Of a stretch of DNA of 64,000 bases, positions 37,362 through 49,900 are shown in pieces. The stretch is from positions 170,376,001-170,440,000 of the forward strand of contig JANJGN010000002.1 of NCBI GenBank assembly GCA_026770705.1. Direction: 5' to 3'. The notes under the pieces were generated by a model. That model saw only the letters and a list, made by a program, of their open reading frames with translations. It searched no databases and was not told where the DNA came from. The stretch is from Isurus oxyrinchus. Lineage: Eukaryota. The position numbers and the translations under genes are program-made. Numbering within the stretch: the stretch's first letter is position 1; each line of letters begins with the position of its first letter.

Positions 37362-40328
37362 AATGCAGATTAACGCAGTCACCAAAACAAACTCCTACTC
37401 GATTCCCCACCTGGAAGACTGCATAGACAGAGTAAGTAACACAGCCTACATCACTAAGATAGATTTATTAAAGGGATACTGGCAAGTGCTTTTGACCACC
37501 CAAGCAAAGGAGATCTCCACCTTCGTAACTCCTTGTGGGTTATTCCAGTTTCAGGTCATGCCATTTGGACTCAAAAATTCCCGAGCCACTTCCAAAGGCT
37601 GATGAACCAGGTAGTGATGGGCCTACCCAATTGTATAGTGTACCTACACGACCTAGTGTATGGTGACACCTGGGCAAACCACCTAGGATAACTGGAAGCC
37701 CTCTTCTAAAGGTTACAGTCAGCTGACCTAGTGGTCAATCAAGCAAAAAATGATTTCACTAAGGCTCAGGTGATCTAATCTGACGTGCGGTGGGTCCAGG
37801 ACAAATACTGTCCAGAGCTGAAAAGGTACAAGCAGTAAGTGAATTTTCGCATCTCCACAACAAAACAGGAAATAACAAGATTCCTAGAGATGTCTGGTTT
37901 GCACCGCAAGTTTGTCCCTAACTTCAGAACCATAGATGACTCACTAACAGACCTGTTAACGTGGATAAGTGTGAGGTTATCCATTTTGGTCGGAAGAATA
38001 AAAAGGCAACTTATTATTTAAATGGAGAGAAACTTCAGAATGCTTCGGTGCAGAGGGATCTGGGTGTCCTCCTGCATGAATCGCTGAAAGCTAGAATACA
38101 GGCACAGCAGGTAATCAGGAAGGCAAATGGAATTTTGGCATTTATTGCTAAAGCAATCGAGTATAAAAGTAGGGAAGTGTTGTTGCAGCTGTACAAGGAA
38201 TTGGTGAGAAAGCACCTGGAGTACTGTGCACAGTTTTGGTCCTCTTGAGGAATAACACAGTTGCATCGGAGGCGGTTCAGAGGAGATTCACTAGATTGAT
38301 TCCAGAGATGTGGGGCTTGCCTTATGAGGAGAGATTGAGCAGTTTAGGCCTATACTCCCTAGAGTTTAGAAGGATGAGAGGAGATCTAATTGAGGTATAT
38401 AAGATGCTAAATGGGATAGACAAAGTAGACGTGGAGCAGATGTTTCCCCTTGTGGAGCATTCTAGAATGAGAGGCCATAGTTTTAGGCTATGGGGTGGTA
38501 GATTTAAATCAGAGGTGAGGAGGAATTACTTTTTTCAAAGGGTTGTGAATCTGTGGAATTCACTACCTTAGAGTGCAGTGGATGCCGGGATGCTGAATAA
38601 ATTTAAGGATGAAATAGACAGATTTTTAATTAGTAACGGGTTGAAAGGTTAAATGGAGAGGGCAGTAAATTGGAGTTGAGGCCGAAATGAGATCAGCCAT
38701 GATCGAATTGAATGGCGGGGCAGGCTCAAGGGGCTGAATTGCCTATTCCTGCTCCTAGTTCTTATGTATTACAGAAAAAACACATTGGTAGTGTGGACTG
38801 AGGGGTGCCAAATAACTTCTGAGAAGCTGAAAGTCATTCTAGCAAAAGAACCAGTATTAGCATCAGGCATCAACAAGGTATTTAACGTAGCCATCAATGC
38901 TAGTGACCTCAGGGTAGGGGCTGTCCTATGCCAGGAAGATCACTCAGGCATAGAGAGACCTATCAGGTATTTCTCCAAGATATTGAACAAACACCAGAAA
39001 TGATATTCCACTGTGGAGGAAGAAAGCTTAGGATTATTACTAGCTCTCAAACACTTTGAGCTACATGTCTGAAATGGCTGCACAGAGACCACAGTCTTTA
39101 ATGATCACAATCCCTTGACTTTTGTGGAAAAATTCAAAACCAAAATTGAGAGAATATTTTGTTCGAACTTGTTCCTTCAATCATCTCACTTAAAAATTAT
39201 GCAAATTGCAGGGGAAAAAATATGATTGTGGACACTCTGTTCGCAGTTTAAAACCTGCATAGGAACAATAACCAGCACTTAAACAGAGCACAACCAATAG
39301 GGTTAAAGAGAAGATATGAGTGTATGGGTGAAAGTGCATGGATGAGTTCTGTTTATTTTTATTATTTCTGTTCTTTCCCAGTCTTGTAATGAAATGAGAG
39401 TGAATCTCATTTCATTCTGTGTCGTGCAGAAGTGTTATGAGGATGTGATTTTTCTATTTTGTTTTCTTTTTCTAGCTGGACTTCTTAAAAAAACTGGGTC
39501 CCTTCTGCAGGTAATGACAAAACACTACTGCACACAAACTCAATCCCCTGTGGAGTGTGCAAGACCTCATCCACTGTCGATTCATACTATCTTGAGACTT
39601 TTCAAATGTTTCTGAGATGGGACATCAAAATGCAATTACCTGTTCTGAAACAATAACTGCAGCAGTCATGAATGCAATAGAATTTCTCTGGAATATACAC
39701 TCAGGACCCTTACCAAGCAGGAGAGACAGAACAAAAGATAATGCTGTACTGAACACTGGCCATTTGAAGCTGTATGCCCTCTGTGTCTGTCTGTTTCTCT
39801 CACTCTCTCTTAGAAGTCCTGAGTCAGTTTGTAAAGTAACCACCCTGAGAAATCTACTATGAACTGAAGTCTTTTCAGGACAAAAACATCTAACTCTGCT
39901 CCATACAACTACACCCAGGAAGATAGCTAAACAAATCAGCTGTATTGATACAAGCTGATGGACAGATAACCATATACTCCATTGTTTTATCTTTCCTGAA
40001 TTGTAAAAAAAAATCCTATTAGCCTAACCTCCTACTCTGCCATATGTACTGGTGTGTGTGTTTATGCTCAGATGAATACCTGTGACGTATGGATGGTGGT
40101 TGAGATTTACCTAGTTTCTTTTTAGTTTCAATAAAGCTATTGTGGTCTGTGTTTAATGAAGAAAATCTGTCTGAATAATTTCTTGCAGCCTAAAAGTGTA
40201 AATAGTGGGACTCTTACAAAATTGGTGAAGAAAATTCTCTCTAAATTCACACAAAAAACCCTGTTATGATCAAACTTGGAGTGGGATAATAGGGGAGTCA
40301 TTTCACCCCTCCTTTCATGGTCACAACA
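37362..40328 (+). mobile_element. Gypsy remnant (RT, RNase H) with probable 3' LTR ~39433-40328
   Basis: KIDLLKGYWQV, VMPFGLKN; INASDLRVGAVLCQ..RPIRYFSK; TGTTAT..ACAACA LTR-like ends. Confidence 0.8.
37960..38768 (+). mobile_element. CR1 LINE 3' part inserted in the Gypsy pol
   Basis: ORFs 37961..38248 and 38236..38571; Gypsy LTDLL|QKK is rejoined across the insertion. Confidence 0.9.
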
Positions 40329-40329
40329 C

Positions 40330-42130
40330 AGGTTATTTTTTTTCACAAAAACGCAGCCCTTGCCCCATTTACATTACCTAAGAGCTGCCAGTCAGTGGAG
40401 GCTGAGGAAGAAACAGAGAAGATGAAGACGCTTAATCATATACTTACAGGCACCAGCTCAGATATTGACACTGTGCATAATCTAGAGGCTAGCTTAGATG
40501 GGGGATTGTTATGTGATGAGATACCAGGCTCAAAGTTTGTTGAAGTAGTGATAGGGGAAAGGATAGCAACTCGACAGAGAGCAAAGTTACAAACTCACTC
40601 AGCTGCAGAGGACTCAGATGATGACTTTGATGGGCAAGGCAAGTGAAGTAGGCCGATGGGTATACATAACCAAGTGATTGATGCATTAGAAAACTTGAGC
40701 TCAGTGCCAAATAGTATGCAGGAGCCCAACACCAACTTCATTTATTTACACAGAGCTTGAAGCCCATTCTTTCCAACATGGATCAAGTGGTCACTTCCAT
40801 CAGCACACCTGTGGATTCTACCATAATGCCATGTCATAGCTACATTGCAGCACAAACAATGTGCTGCAGTAGAAGCTCAGGCTATTTCCATTGTGGATAT
40901 GGATACCACCGGGGCATCTAGCTTATTGTAGATTTCGCACAAAACATTCTCAAACTGAACAGCAGGATGTTGAAACACTGCTCCATGGAGCACAAGCCTA
41001 CTGTCCTCCCTCAGGATGACAGCATTCATGCTCCCATCTGACCATGAGATGGTGCAGTCTGAAGCATGGCCTTCCAGGACGTGAGCTGTTCAAGATCACC
41101 TTCCAAGGTCATCTTCAGTCTCCTCAATTTAAGGTCAGCAGCCTCCCACAACCTCTACTGCAACAATTGTAGAAGCCCTTGTTGGAGCACCTAAAAAGCA
41201 AAGACATATGGAAGACAGGCACCAAAGGAAAGCTCAAGGGTAATTATTTCAGTTTTGTATGCTTAACGTCATAATTGAATTTATAACTTTGGATTAAAAT
41301 ATACATTTTCTGACTCTCCAGTACAGCTCTTCCAGGGTTTCCCACATTGTTGTGGTCTGCTGTGCCCTATGCAGCATGGAACTTCAGAAAGGAGTGGGCC
41401 TGGAGGTGGTCTATGGAGAATAGCATGCTGCCTCATCAGAGGATGACTGTTTTCGTGAGGACCAGTGAACTGTGTAACAAGACAGCCCAGAGATCAGACT
41501 TATGCAGAGACTATATCAGTCAGGTGCTGAGGGTTGACAATAGATAAACATATCCTCTGTTCTTATACAATGGCTGTCATGAAACCCTCCTGTTCAGAGG
41601 TTCCATTCTTTTAAGACTTGGCTGAAATCTTGGCTTTGCATCTTACTCACCTTGCCAGACCACAGAGGGTCATTGAAGTGCTTCCTGCACTGGACCTAAG
41701 TCCTGCTTATCGCGTTGTGGCTTCTGACCTCTCTCGTGACCTCCAAGCATCCTTCCTTTGTTTTCCTGACAGGCTTCCTGCTCCCTTTTTCCAGAAAGAA
41801 AATGTTCATCTTGGCTCAGACTACCTTTATCATGGCCTCCAGGGAGGAGACCTTTTGGGCTGCCTTACTATGATAGATTGCCATGTTAATGCTCTGAAAA
41901 CCTGTTCCCTGAGGGCTGACATTCTTTGGTTGCATCCTGTTTGAAGGCTGACAGGTGTCTTCACCACATCTTTCTCCTGTATCCGATTGCACCTGTCATC
42001 TATTATTGGGTAGATATCACGGATTTCACCCATTAATTGGACACCTCTTGCAAAATACTGACACGCTTCACACTCTGTCCTCCAGCGAGATCATGATCCA
42101 GAAATGGTCTCAACATCGAGTTGCCAACAA
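40330..42130. mobile_element. Old Harbinger remnants (transposase C-terminus on +, Myb exon on -)
   Basis: VSHIVVVCCALCSM at ~41340 (+); SLEAMIKVV..VQCRKHFND..|gtgagt at ~41650-41870 (-). Confidence 0.6.
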
Positions 42131-42303
42131 TCTTGAGAAAATGCTACAGGTATTGGAATAGTTGGAAATATACTGTTTACGCTATTCTCAACTTTGTTGG
42201 TAAAATTGGTTTCGTGCCAAGTTAGAAAACAGTTCTTTGCTATTTGATGCCCTCCAAAGAAAATTATGTTCCTTCCCAATGCGATTGAACTATGTATCTG
42301 GGC

Positions 42304-43201
42304 TGTTATGGCACAGCGGATGGTAAATGCTGAGATGTTCAAATCCCAGAGGGAACCTTGAAACTACTGCCACAACTATTTTGCAATTTGTATTTTTATT
42401 TTGAGATGCATGCCTTCAATTCAGTAGTAATAAGATCACCGAGTTTTAGAGGTTCTTTATAAAATTAAATTAAACATTTATTAAAATTTATTAAAAATTT
42501 ATTTTAAATGATTTTAAGCACATACAAAGGTTTACAAATTACTACTATGATAGCTCCTAGCTCCCCGAGTTAATTTAACTCCCAGTTGCACCTCCATTAA
42601 GGCAACAGTAAAACAAGATAGATTTTAACAGACCTAGGCAAAGTAACATGATACCTTGGACAGGGATATTCACAATGAATTCTCTTGGCTTCAGTTCCTG
42701 GAGACAACAGCTTGGTATATGCAGGCTGGAGGCTTCTCACATTTATTAGATCTTAGGATTCCTCTTTCTTACACATAACCTCACCTCCTTTATACAGGTT
42801 TCTCCCTTTTTAATGTGAATCTCATTGTTCCAATATGTCTTTTCAACTTTACTTTTCTAATAATAAAATCTTTCATAGTACCAACTTTATCAGTCAGTTT
42901 TGGGAAAAATCAAACACACTGTTTGGCTTCTTCTGGCTAAGTGTAACATTTCACCCTCTCTTTTGAAATTCAAACAACTCTGGTTTATCTAAAAATGCAA
43001 ATGTTCATGTACATTCTAAAACTTCAACCATATTTACCTATTTAGCATTTCAAACCTAGCTCTTCTGATAAATCAAAGCCTTCAGACCAGCTGCCTTTAA
43101 TTCATTTAAGCCCCCTCCACATGCACACACGATCCTAACTCCACTATTCCTAATTCACAATAAATTCCAATAACATTATGAAAAATTATATTTTCCTGAC
43201 A
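42304..43201. mobile_element. Probable solo LTR (~900 bp)
   Basis: TGTTA...TGACA ends; flanks GGGC/GAGC (4-bp TSD-like, one mismatch). Confidence 0.55.
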
Positions 43202-44884
43202 GAGCAGCTGTCTTAAAATATTCAATTCTCTGCTCACATGCCGGTTTCTACATAACATCAGTGTGGGGGCTCCATGGAGCTAAAGTTTATGTGGTTCAGT
43301 ATCAAAGCTAGTTTCATGGTGCTCCTGCAAAGTGTCTTGGGGTGTTTTACTCTCTTCAAGGTGCTATATAAATGCAAGTTGTTGTTGAAACATATGATCT
43401 GAAGTATGATTTTCCCTTTCTTTCAGCATTAACAGAAGAATTTGCAATTCAATCTGTTGTAAAGATTGCTGGAATAAAAAGGTAATTATTATTCCTCTGA
43501 CCTTTTCTTGTCATGAATAAAATTGTAAGTTTCAGATTAGCAGACTTCAGGCTGCTTAGAGAAACTCTGTTGCAAATACTAATAGATTGGAAGTGCCAAG
43601 CTCCAAAATCTTAAATGCTTGTGGCCTACCATCCCATAGAACAGCAGGTCAGTGGTCGATACACTAGCCGTTAAGACTGGCTATAATATTCTCTTCATTT
43701 TCTGTGCCAATTTCAGGCTGAAGTAGAATCTATGTCAGCTTTTCTCTTCTCTGGTTTAATTGATGAACTAAACCAGAACATCACCTTGTTCTTGGCTTTT
43801 TATATTAGGTACATTACAGTGATGAGGCCTTTATAGGTGTAGCGGAGACAAGTTGTATGGTGGTGGAGACAAATACATGAGTTTGCACTCTACATGGTTA
43901 CTGTATTATTAGAGACTGGGAGGTGGGGGAAGAGTGTGAATTTATAAAGCAGCTTATTACTTCCTTCAGATTCATGTCAAAGGGTCATACTTAATGAATT
44001 CCTTTGTCAGCACATTTCATGTAGTAAAACGGGAGCAAGGTGAAACGCATAAGCAATTTAGAGGTGAAATTGCTGTCAACAGAATCAAGCTTTTATTTGA
44101 TTGGTCATGTGATATGCAGGGGCATCACTGGCTGGGTCAGCATTTATTGCCTACTCCTAATTGCCCTCAAGAAGGCGGTGGTGAGCTGCCTTCTTGAACT
44201 GCTGCAGTCCATGTGGTGTAGGTACAATGTTGTTGGAGTGGGAGGAAATTTCAGGATTTTGTCCCAGTGACAATAAAGGAATGATGATTTGGTTCCAAGT
44301 CAGGATGGTGAATGGCTTGGAATTGAACTTGCAGGTGATAGTTAGTGTAAGATAAAATGGAACACCTTCATCAGAATATCAGAAACTGTGGGGGGGGATG
44401 TATAAGACCCAAACATTTAAGATTGGAAAGCTGATGCCTGGGCTCAAGTGTGAATAGTGAATGGATGATTAAGCGCAAAGAACAAAAAAAAATTGATTCA
44501 GCCTTTATCAGGCTTGGGGATGGCAGTGCACTATTATCCAGCGCCTAGTCCTGATGAGGCAGACAGCATGTAAACTTGTGCTGTCTGTGCATTTACATGA
44601 TTGTAGTGTGCAGCCCAGCACAAAACATGCTGGCGGCTGGCTGCACGCTCAGCAGGGTCCAAGCGTGTGCAAAACTGGTACATTGTGCAGTTCGCCTTCA
44701 TCTCTGAAAGGCAGCCAGCCCTCTTAAAGGGGAGCTACGCTGAGGATACCGGAAGTGCTGGAACACTCAGGAAAGCTTTGCTAGAAGGAAGAGAACTGTA
44801 AATGGAATACCAGACCAGAGAGAGGGCTCATCAGTAGGGGCTAAAAATCCTGTTCCTGGAGTGTGTTTTCCGAATTTCCCATTA

Positions 44885-44955
44885 GGGAGAATTTTCTCCC
44901 CATCAGGGTTTGGGCGGGAGCCCACCCCCCACTCGTCGACCCAAAGATTCTGGCC
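44885..44955. mobile_element. Miniature (~70 bp) Harbinger MITE
   Basis: GGGAGAATTTT ... AAGATTCTGGCC. Confidence 0.5.
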
Positions 44956-46067
44956 ATTATCTCACTGCTGCCTAATATGGCTGTGGATTGCCCATTGTAA
45001 TAATCAAACAAATTTACTTAAGTAATATAACAGATGACAGATAAAATACTTTACTGACATTGAGAGAAACAAGGACTCAAAGAAATGATTTTTATAAATA
45101 CATTGAGCTACCATTTTAGAAAAGTTGCTTTAATATACAAATAACATTCTTTTGTCATCCAAATTTTTTACTCAGTTTCTTAAATAAATTTAAAAAAAAT
45201 TTCTACCAGCTCACCTCAAACAACATCATTAATTCATTTTTGTCCAATTTTTGAATCTGGATAAAATTCTGCAAAGGGATCTTTTAACCTCCACCATGGC
45301 CCACACCCACCACCGTGCCTCCATCCCCCTGCCATTGACTGGTTGTCCTGTCACATGCTGGGGACTCTAATTCAACATATATCAGTGATGGGTCTCTCTC
45401 TCACACAAAGATGAATGCAATTTGGCTTCAACCTGTCTTCAACATAGGTCATCTTGCACGCAAGTATAAACTACTTCTATTTCAGAGTGTGGTGAATATC
45501 TTAGCTCACAATCATTTCTAATGCATTCCTGTCAAGTAAAAGTAATGTTATTTTATTGTAGGGTTCTAGCTGCTAATGACATCGGCGATTCACAGTAAAG
45601 TGATCATATTTTTTCATAAGATCCACACTGTGATGTTAAATATTCATTGCTAGCAGCACAAATTCAATCTACTAAGGGTTGGCAAGCAAAACATGCAGAA
45701 TAAAAGCAAAAGCTTACCAAAGACTTTTTTTTTTTAAATCACATTGGCAATTCTCTGTGAAAATGACATATTCTGCCAGATGAGCCTGAATAACTCAAGA
45801 GAATTATTGGTGCTGGTCTGTCTTAAAAATTTAAAAAGAAAATAATTCATTCAGATCAATTGCAAATCATGTTTTTCTGAATTTGTATGTAAATCGATGT
45901 AAAATGAAGTTAACGGTGATTTTAAAAAATCAAGTAGACTGAAAATACACCTTTTATATTTTTAACACTTTGATTTTTCAGTCGGATACTCTCTTTAGTT
46001 TTCACCTCCCTTTCCAAAACAGGTAAAATATGCTCTCTTTGACTTTTCTTTTGGTCCTTTCTTAAAA

Positions 46068-46996
46068 TTAAACAACTTTCTCCACATACTCTTCTGCTGT
46101 TTCATTTTCTGTCTCTGTTGTTTCTGGTTCACTCTGCCTCCTTGCTGTCATTTTCCCAGATATTTCTTCTTGCACTCCTTCCCCTTTCTTTATTTCCACT
46201 AACAAAACTCTCTCTTCCTCTTGGCACGCTTTTTCACTCATAAATGGCTTCTCTTCTCTTGCTGAAGGATAATTATTTTGTTCCATATCTATTGGCTCCT
46301 TACAACCCTGGTGTTGATGTGATTCCTCATTTTCGCTGATTTGTACCATTTCTTTCTGTTCCTCTTGTTCTAACTCAGTTTTATTTTGAGCTATTATATC
46401 TTTTCCTTCATGTACTATCGTTTCATCTTTCATCCCTTCTACTTTAACACATATTTTTCCTTCTGTTCCATTTTCCCCTTTAATATTCTTTTCATCTGCA
46501 TTGCTTTCCATGAACTCTTCATTTAAATGTTCACCCCCATTTTCCTTTATCGTTTCCTTTATTGTTTCTGTTTTCCTCTCACTGTCCTTTAGCTGTCCCA
46601 CAGCGCCTTCTCTCATAATATTTTCTTTCCTACCTATCTGACACTGCTCTCCTTGCGTACTTTGCATTTCCCCAGGTGTAACCATGTCATCTGCTTCAGT
46701 GCTCTTTTCTTTTATAGTCTGTGTATCTTCTTTCACTTCTGTTTCTTGTGTCTGTCTTTCATTTTCCTTCATTTCACAATTTCTTTTCTCTATTTTCTCC
46801 ATTGTTGTGTTTCTCTCTATTGCTACTGTTGCATTATTTTCTGGAAGATCTTCTATAATTCCATTGGGAGGTTGATTGCTTTGCTCACAATGGTGATACT
46901 TTGCACCATCTCCCATTCCCTCCAATTCAAGGCTTCCATTTTCATTTCTGATTGACATTGGTTCGTTTGATTGTTTTTCTTCATCTTCATTCTCTC
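46068..46996 (-). CDS. USP large Glu/Lys-rich C-terminal exon
   Basis: Within ORF 46068..47063; phase-1 acceptor ..ctcaaag|GAGAGAAT matches the phase-1 donor at 49721; ~310 aa low-complexity acidic sequence. Confidence 0.75.
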
Positions 46997-49900
46997 CTTT
47001 GAGACGTTTTGGAAAGATGACAATGATAAACAATGTAAATAACCCGATTACAATTAAATTCAAAGCATGGTGTTATTTTATGATTGTCATTAAAATGGGA
47101 AACCTAGTTCATAATAAAACAATCTCAATTTGCAAAATAGAGGACTCCAACTTTAATACATAGCAGAAACTAGGCAGGTGGGCAGTTAAAACTGGGCAGG
47201 TTAGTTACCTGCTCAGAATTCACTCCTTTCCCTCTGCCTGTAACCTTAATTTGAAAATTTCTGCCACTCTGACATGCTTGTCTAATTGGGCCCACAAGAA
47301 GATCTGTTAATAGGGGTACAATTCCCTTAATAGGACAACAACTACATTTAATCCAAGCGGGGAAGAGCTATCAGCTCTCCCAACAAGTGAAAGCAGGTTG
47401 GGTAATTTTTGGGAAAGGTGAAGGAGTCCTCCAAGGTAATAAAATTGCCTACTTCTGTGGAGCAAAGAGGAGTAGGAAACCCTCCCATGAGGCCGTCTTA
47501 AATTCTCCTCCCTGTGACTTAACTGGTGGCTTGCCGATGTCTTCCTTTGGATGATGGCTTCTGGCCACCTGAATGTCCTCTCTAGTCCACAGGTCAGCAG
47601 TAGCTTTACATCCTTTATAGCTGGGCAGCTGTACAGCAGTATGTAGACAAAGCCCAGGAGTTAAAATATCCGGGGGCTCAAACTTAAGCCAGCGAGTACA
47701 TTTTTTTCTTGCCCCCTATCCGCCCAACCAAATTCCGCTGTGGATTCAAATTGACACCAATGACTGAATCATGAGGTGATGAGCAGAATATCTGAGCAAT
47801 CGTTAAATCTCAGATTACAAATGTACATGTTGTCATAATTCATCGGCTGTTTTACAAATCATGATGCAAGTGTTTGCAAAGTATTTACCTCACTAAAAAG
47901 GTCATTGGACCTGTTCAGCAGCTGATAATTCAGTGTGATGCTGAGCATCTGACACAATCAATTAAAGATACCTCTGTGTTTACACATTCCTTTCAAACCC
48001 AAAGTAACTCATTGTGAGGAATAAAGTCAAAATTATTCAAGTAACTTGCATTATGTTAAACTGACTGTCAGATGTAAAGAATTCTTCAGGTATAATCTTC
48101 TTTCTAAGAGTAGGGAGATTTTCAGAAAATCTCTTTGTGAATTCTGTTTGTTATTTAGTATTCAGAATGCAATAATTTAATAATTTACAAATTACTAAAG
48201 GTATTTTTGATTTAACCTGTTCTATGGAACCTGCATTATCAAAACCTAAAATCAACATTTGGAGGAAAGAAAGTTTATGTGCAAAATATGTAAACTGCAC
48301 TAACTCACACTGCAGCCTAATTTGAATTTAATTTCCGCATAGGCTGGGATACGAATAGTACAAATAGTACAAAATGGGCAAGAGTTCCTGGAATGCATTC
48401 AAGATAATTTTCTGCAGCAGTATGTTTCCAGTCCAACGAGAGGACATGCACTTTTGGACCTGGTTCTGGGTAATGAGTTAGCTCAAGTGAATCAAATATC
48501 AGTGGGAGAGCCTCTAGGGAGACAGTGACCATTGTATCATAAAGTTTAGGTTTATTATGGAAAAGAACAGGGAACAATCCAGAGCAGGGACAATTAATTG
48601 GGGGAAAACCAACTTCATTGAGATGAGAATGCATCTGAGTCAAGTGAGTTGGAATTAAATGCTGTCAGAAAAGACGGTGGCTGAACAATGGGCCACTTTC
48701 AAAGAAAAGGTATTGCGGACAATGTCATGGTGTATTCCCTTGAACAGGAAAGATGTGGCAAATAAATCCAGAGCACCCTGGGTGACGAGAGAGATAGAGG
48801 TAAAGATAAAAGGAAGAAGTTGGCGTACAACAGATGTCAGTTAGAAAACACTACTGTGATACTGTGGTCTACTTTATGCATACAATAAAATATTAATAAA
48901 TGGCTGCAAACTTGAATAATGCAAGTTGTTCAGTGTGTTACTAACATTGCCAAGGAGGTGGGAGTCTCTGCGTTGGAGTAGATACTGCTCAACAGATAGC
49001 TTTTTGGGTCAGAATCCAAAGGGGAGGGCGGGACCAGCAAAAGCAGGTGACCACCTCAGCCTAGAGCTTTCCAGAAGCAGAGAAATAGCAGAATATTAGG
49101 GATGTGCAAGTATCTGCTAACGGACTGTGACTATCTGGGACTGGAGAGCTTCCCAGAAATCCACATTTGCCTCTTCTCTATTCCCCTCAATACACCACTG
49201 ACACCTTGTATAGGACATGGTCTGGGGGATACAGGCACATCATACGTCTGGACGTAACCATCCGGGGGAAACTGAGCTGGAAAGAGAACATTAAGACCAG
49301 AGACTCTATCTCTCATTATTCTCTTCTGGCACTGCATTCATGCAACATGGGTTGTTACACTGCTGACGTAATTCTTTCTTTCCTCATTATTGTTTATGCC
49401 TAAGCAATTGTACCCACAGCGGAATTCAATAAGGACAATAAAATTGAATTGATTGGCTGATTGAAATTTATTGGAGTACACATGTATATGAATATACATA
49501 CATGCTTATCTATGTATATACATTATACTTGTGAATAAATCATTATTGCCCCATTTTAATTAATAATTTTAGTAACTCAAGGCAAGAGCTGCACTCCTGC
49601 ATGAATTTGAAGGCAACACTTCCTTATATTTGAAAAACCCCGTATGAGAATTTAATACATATATCAAGTTGCTGAGTCCAAACTGATCTAAATCATATCA
49701 GAATGAAAGGCTATATTTACCTTGATAGGTGCTTACTTCCTCCTTCCTGTACATTAACATGTATGCTGTAGGTGAACTGTGGTAAAAGTGCATTGTTAAA
49801 AATAGTTGGCATCTTAAATTTATAGTCAAAAAATTCTGGGGTTAATGTATTAGGCAAACTAATGGATAATTAAGAAGATTTAATCAGAAACTCAGTTACA

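Noticed and set aside
46997-47063. Hydrophobic N-terminus (MNLIVIGLFTLFIIVIF) of the 331-aa ORF, suggesting a secreted or membrane protein
   Set aside because: It is translation of the T-rich intronic acceptor region from a non-ATG start; the exon starts at 46996 in phase with the USP.
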